64,000 bases of DNA from Phyllobates terribilis. Its lineage: Eukaryota. A model generated the notes under the pieces. The model was not told the DNA's origin and did no database searches. It saw nothing but the letters and a program-made list of their open reading frames with translations. Shown piece by piece: positions 62,458 to 64,000 of this stretch (positions within the stretch are counted from its first letter, which is position 1; every line of letters starts with the position of its first letter). Location of the stretch: positions 799,118,001 through 799,182,000 of the forward strand of contig NW_027362764.1 in assembly GCF_046119375.1 (NCBI RefSeq). The letters are read 5' to 3'. The position numbers and the translations under genes are program-made.

Positions 62458-63472
62458 TTTTTTTTAAATAAATCCTTTATTTTAACACTAAATGACATTT
62501 GAGGAGTTAATAAAGATGCAGTCCCTAAATTATTATTTATTTTCTAATTAATTTTTCCCAAAACTTTTGACGTGGGCTTCGCCATATTTTTGTATGCCAG
62601 CCAGGTACAGCATCCAGCTTCTATGAACGCGCCATTTTCCGGGGTGGCTGCGGACTGCAATTTTCAGCGGGGGGGGGGGGGGGGAGAAAGCTTGGGCCTC
62701 CCTGCGCTGCAGATTCCATCCCCCAGCTGCCTAGTTGTACCTGGCTGGACACAAAAATAGGGAGAAGCTTCACGTATTTTTTTTTTTTAATTATTTCATG
62801 AAATTCATGGAATAATTAAGAAAAAAAGGGCTTCCCTATATTGTTGTGTCCGGCCAGGTACAAATAGGCAGCTGGTGGTTGGGGGCAGCCCGTTCCTGCC
62901 TGCTGTACCTGACTGGACACAAATATAGGGCGAAGCCCCACATAATTTTTTTTTAATTATTTCATGAATTTCCTGAAATAATTAAAAAAAAATTGACGTG
63001 GGGCTTCACACTATATTTGTGTCCAGCCAGGTACAGCAGGCAGGAACGGGCTGCCCCCAACCACCAGCTGCCTATTTGTACCTGGCCAGACACAACAATA
63101 TAGGGAAGCCCTTTTTTTCTTAATTATTCCATGAATTTCATGAAATAATTAAAAAAAAAAAAACGTGGGGCTTCTCCCTATTTTTGTGTCCAGCCAGGTA
63201 CAACTAGGCAGCTGGGGGATGGAATCTGCAGCGCAGGGAGGCCCAAGCTTTCTGCCCCCCGCTGAAAATTGCAGTCCGCGGCCGCCCCGGAAAATGGCGC
63301 GTTCATAGAAGCTGGATGCTGTACCTGGCTGGCATACAAAAATATGGCGAAGCCCACGTCAAAAGTTTTGGGAAAAATTTATTAAAAAATAAATAATAAT
63401 TTAGGGACTGCATCTTTATTAAGTCCTCAAATGTCATTTAGTGTTAAAATAAAGGATTTATTTTAAAAAAAA
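62458..63472. repeat. About 1-kb near-perfect palindrome centred at about 62969
   Basis: Arms match from AAATAAATCCTTTATTTTAACACTAAATGAC to the centre ATTATTTCATGAATTTCCTGAAATAAT. 63432-64000 also directly repeats about 60515-61070. Confidence 0.9.
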
Positions 63473-64000
63473 ATGGCGTGGGATCCCCCATAATTTTAGT
63501 CTCTAGCGGAGGTTAAGCAGACGGCTGGGGCAGATGTTTGAAGCCTGGGAAGGGGGTAAAACCCACGGAGCTTCCCAGGCTACTAATATCAGCCCCCAGC
63601 TGAATACCTAGCCTTTACTAGCTATTAAAATGGGGGACCCCCCCCAAAAAAATGACGTGGGGTCCCCCCTATTTTAATAGCTAGCAAAGGCTAGGCAGAC
63701 AGCTGGGGGCTGATATTAATAGCTCAGGAAGGGTGCCATGAATATTGGCCCCCTCCCAGGCTAGAAACACCAGCCGTCAGCCGCCCCAGAAATGGCGCAT
63801 CCATAGGATGCGCCAATTCTGGCACTTAGCCTCGCTCTTCCACGCTGCCCTGGTGCGGTGGCAGGGGGTAATAGTGGTGGGGTTCATGTCAGCGCCAGCT
63901 GCCATGAAGCCCAGGTTAGTAATGATGGGTGTCTATAAGACACCCCCATTACTAACCTACAAAGTGTTAAAAAGAAAAAACACACTACACCCAGAAAAAA

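Larger units (their letters stand above)
59758..64000. mobile_element. Large non-autonomous hAT-type element (TAGTGTTGAGCGATACC terminus), runs off the window end
   Basis: Same terminal family as A and B; subterminal ATCGG/CCGAT motifs; no ORF. Confidence 0.7.

Overview
Repeat-dense vertebrate genomic DNA, most likely an anuran amphibian (inferred from the histone sequences and the frog-type hAT, piggyBac-like, Tc1 and Gypsy repeats). The window holds a decaying replication-dependent histone cluster, all on the + strand. Block 1 is a broken H1 (663-977), H4 (5324), H3.2 (6944) and H2A (8415). Block 2 is a duplicate (about 39582-42718) with H4 and H2A but a clean 1.3-kb loss of H3. No H2B is present. 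The blocks are separated by stacked mobile DNA: four copies of one hAT family (BED-finger transposase, TAGTG(T/A)TGAGCG termini), a young full-length Gypsy LTR retrotransposon (21386-29241, intact gag/pol, tRNA-Ser PBS, 4-bp TSD), CR1 and Gypsy-gag fragments, and a 4.6-kb TTAA piggyBac-like element. Solo LTRs, two dead Tc1 elements, MITEs, many tandem arrays and kb-scale palindromes follow. I cannot demonstrate a new biological system. The best leads are (i) a 13-copy array built from the histone 3'-processing signal (U7-binding element) behind H1, (ii) two minimal hammerhead-ribozyme motifs, one with all core elements, (iii) a -1 frameshift heptamer plus H-type pseudoknot and a second PBS-like motif in the Gypsy LTR, (iv) a CCAAT/TATA promoter pointing into a satellite, and (v) an odd tail-to-tail hAT junction. 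Everything was read by eye; approximate boundaries are marked as such.
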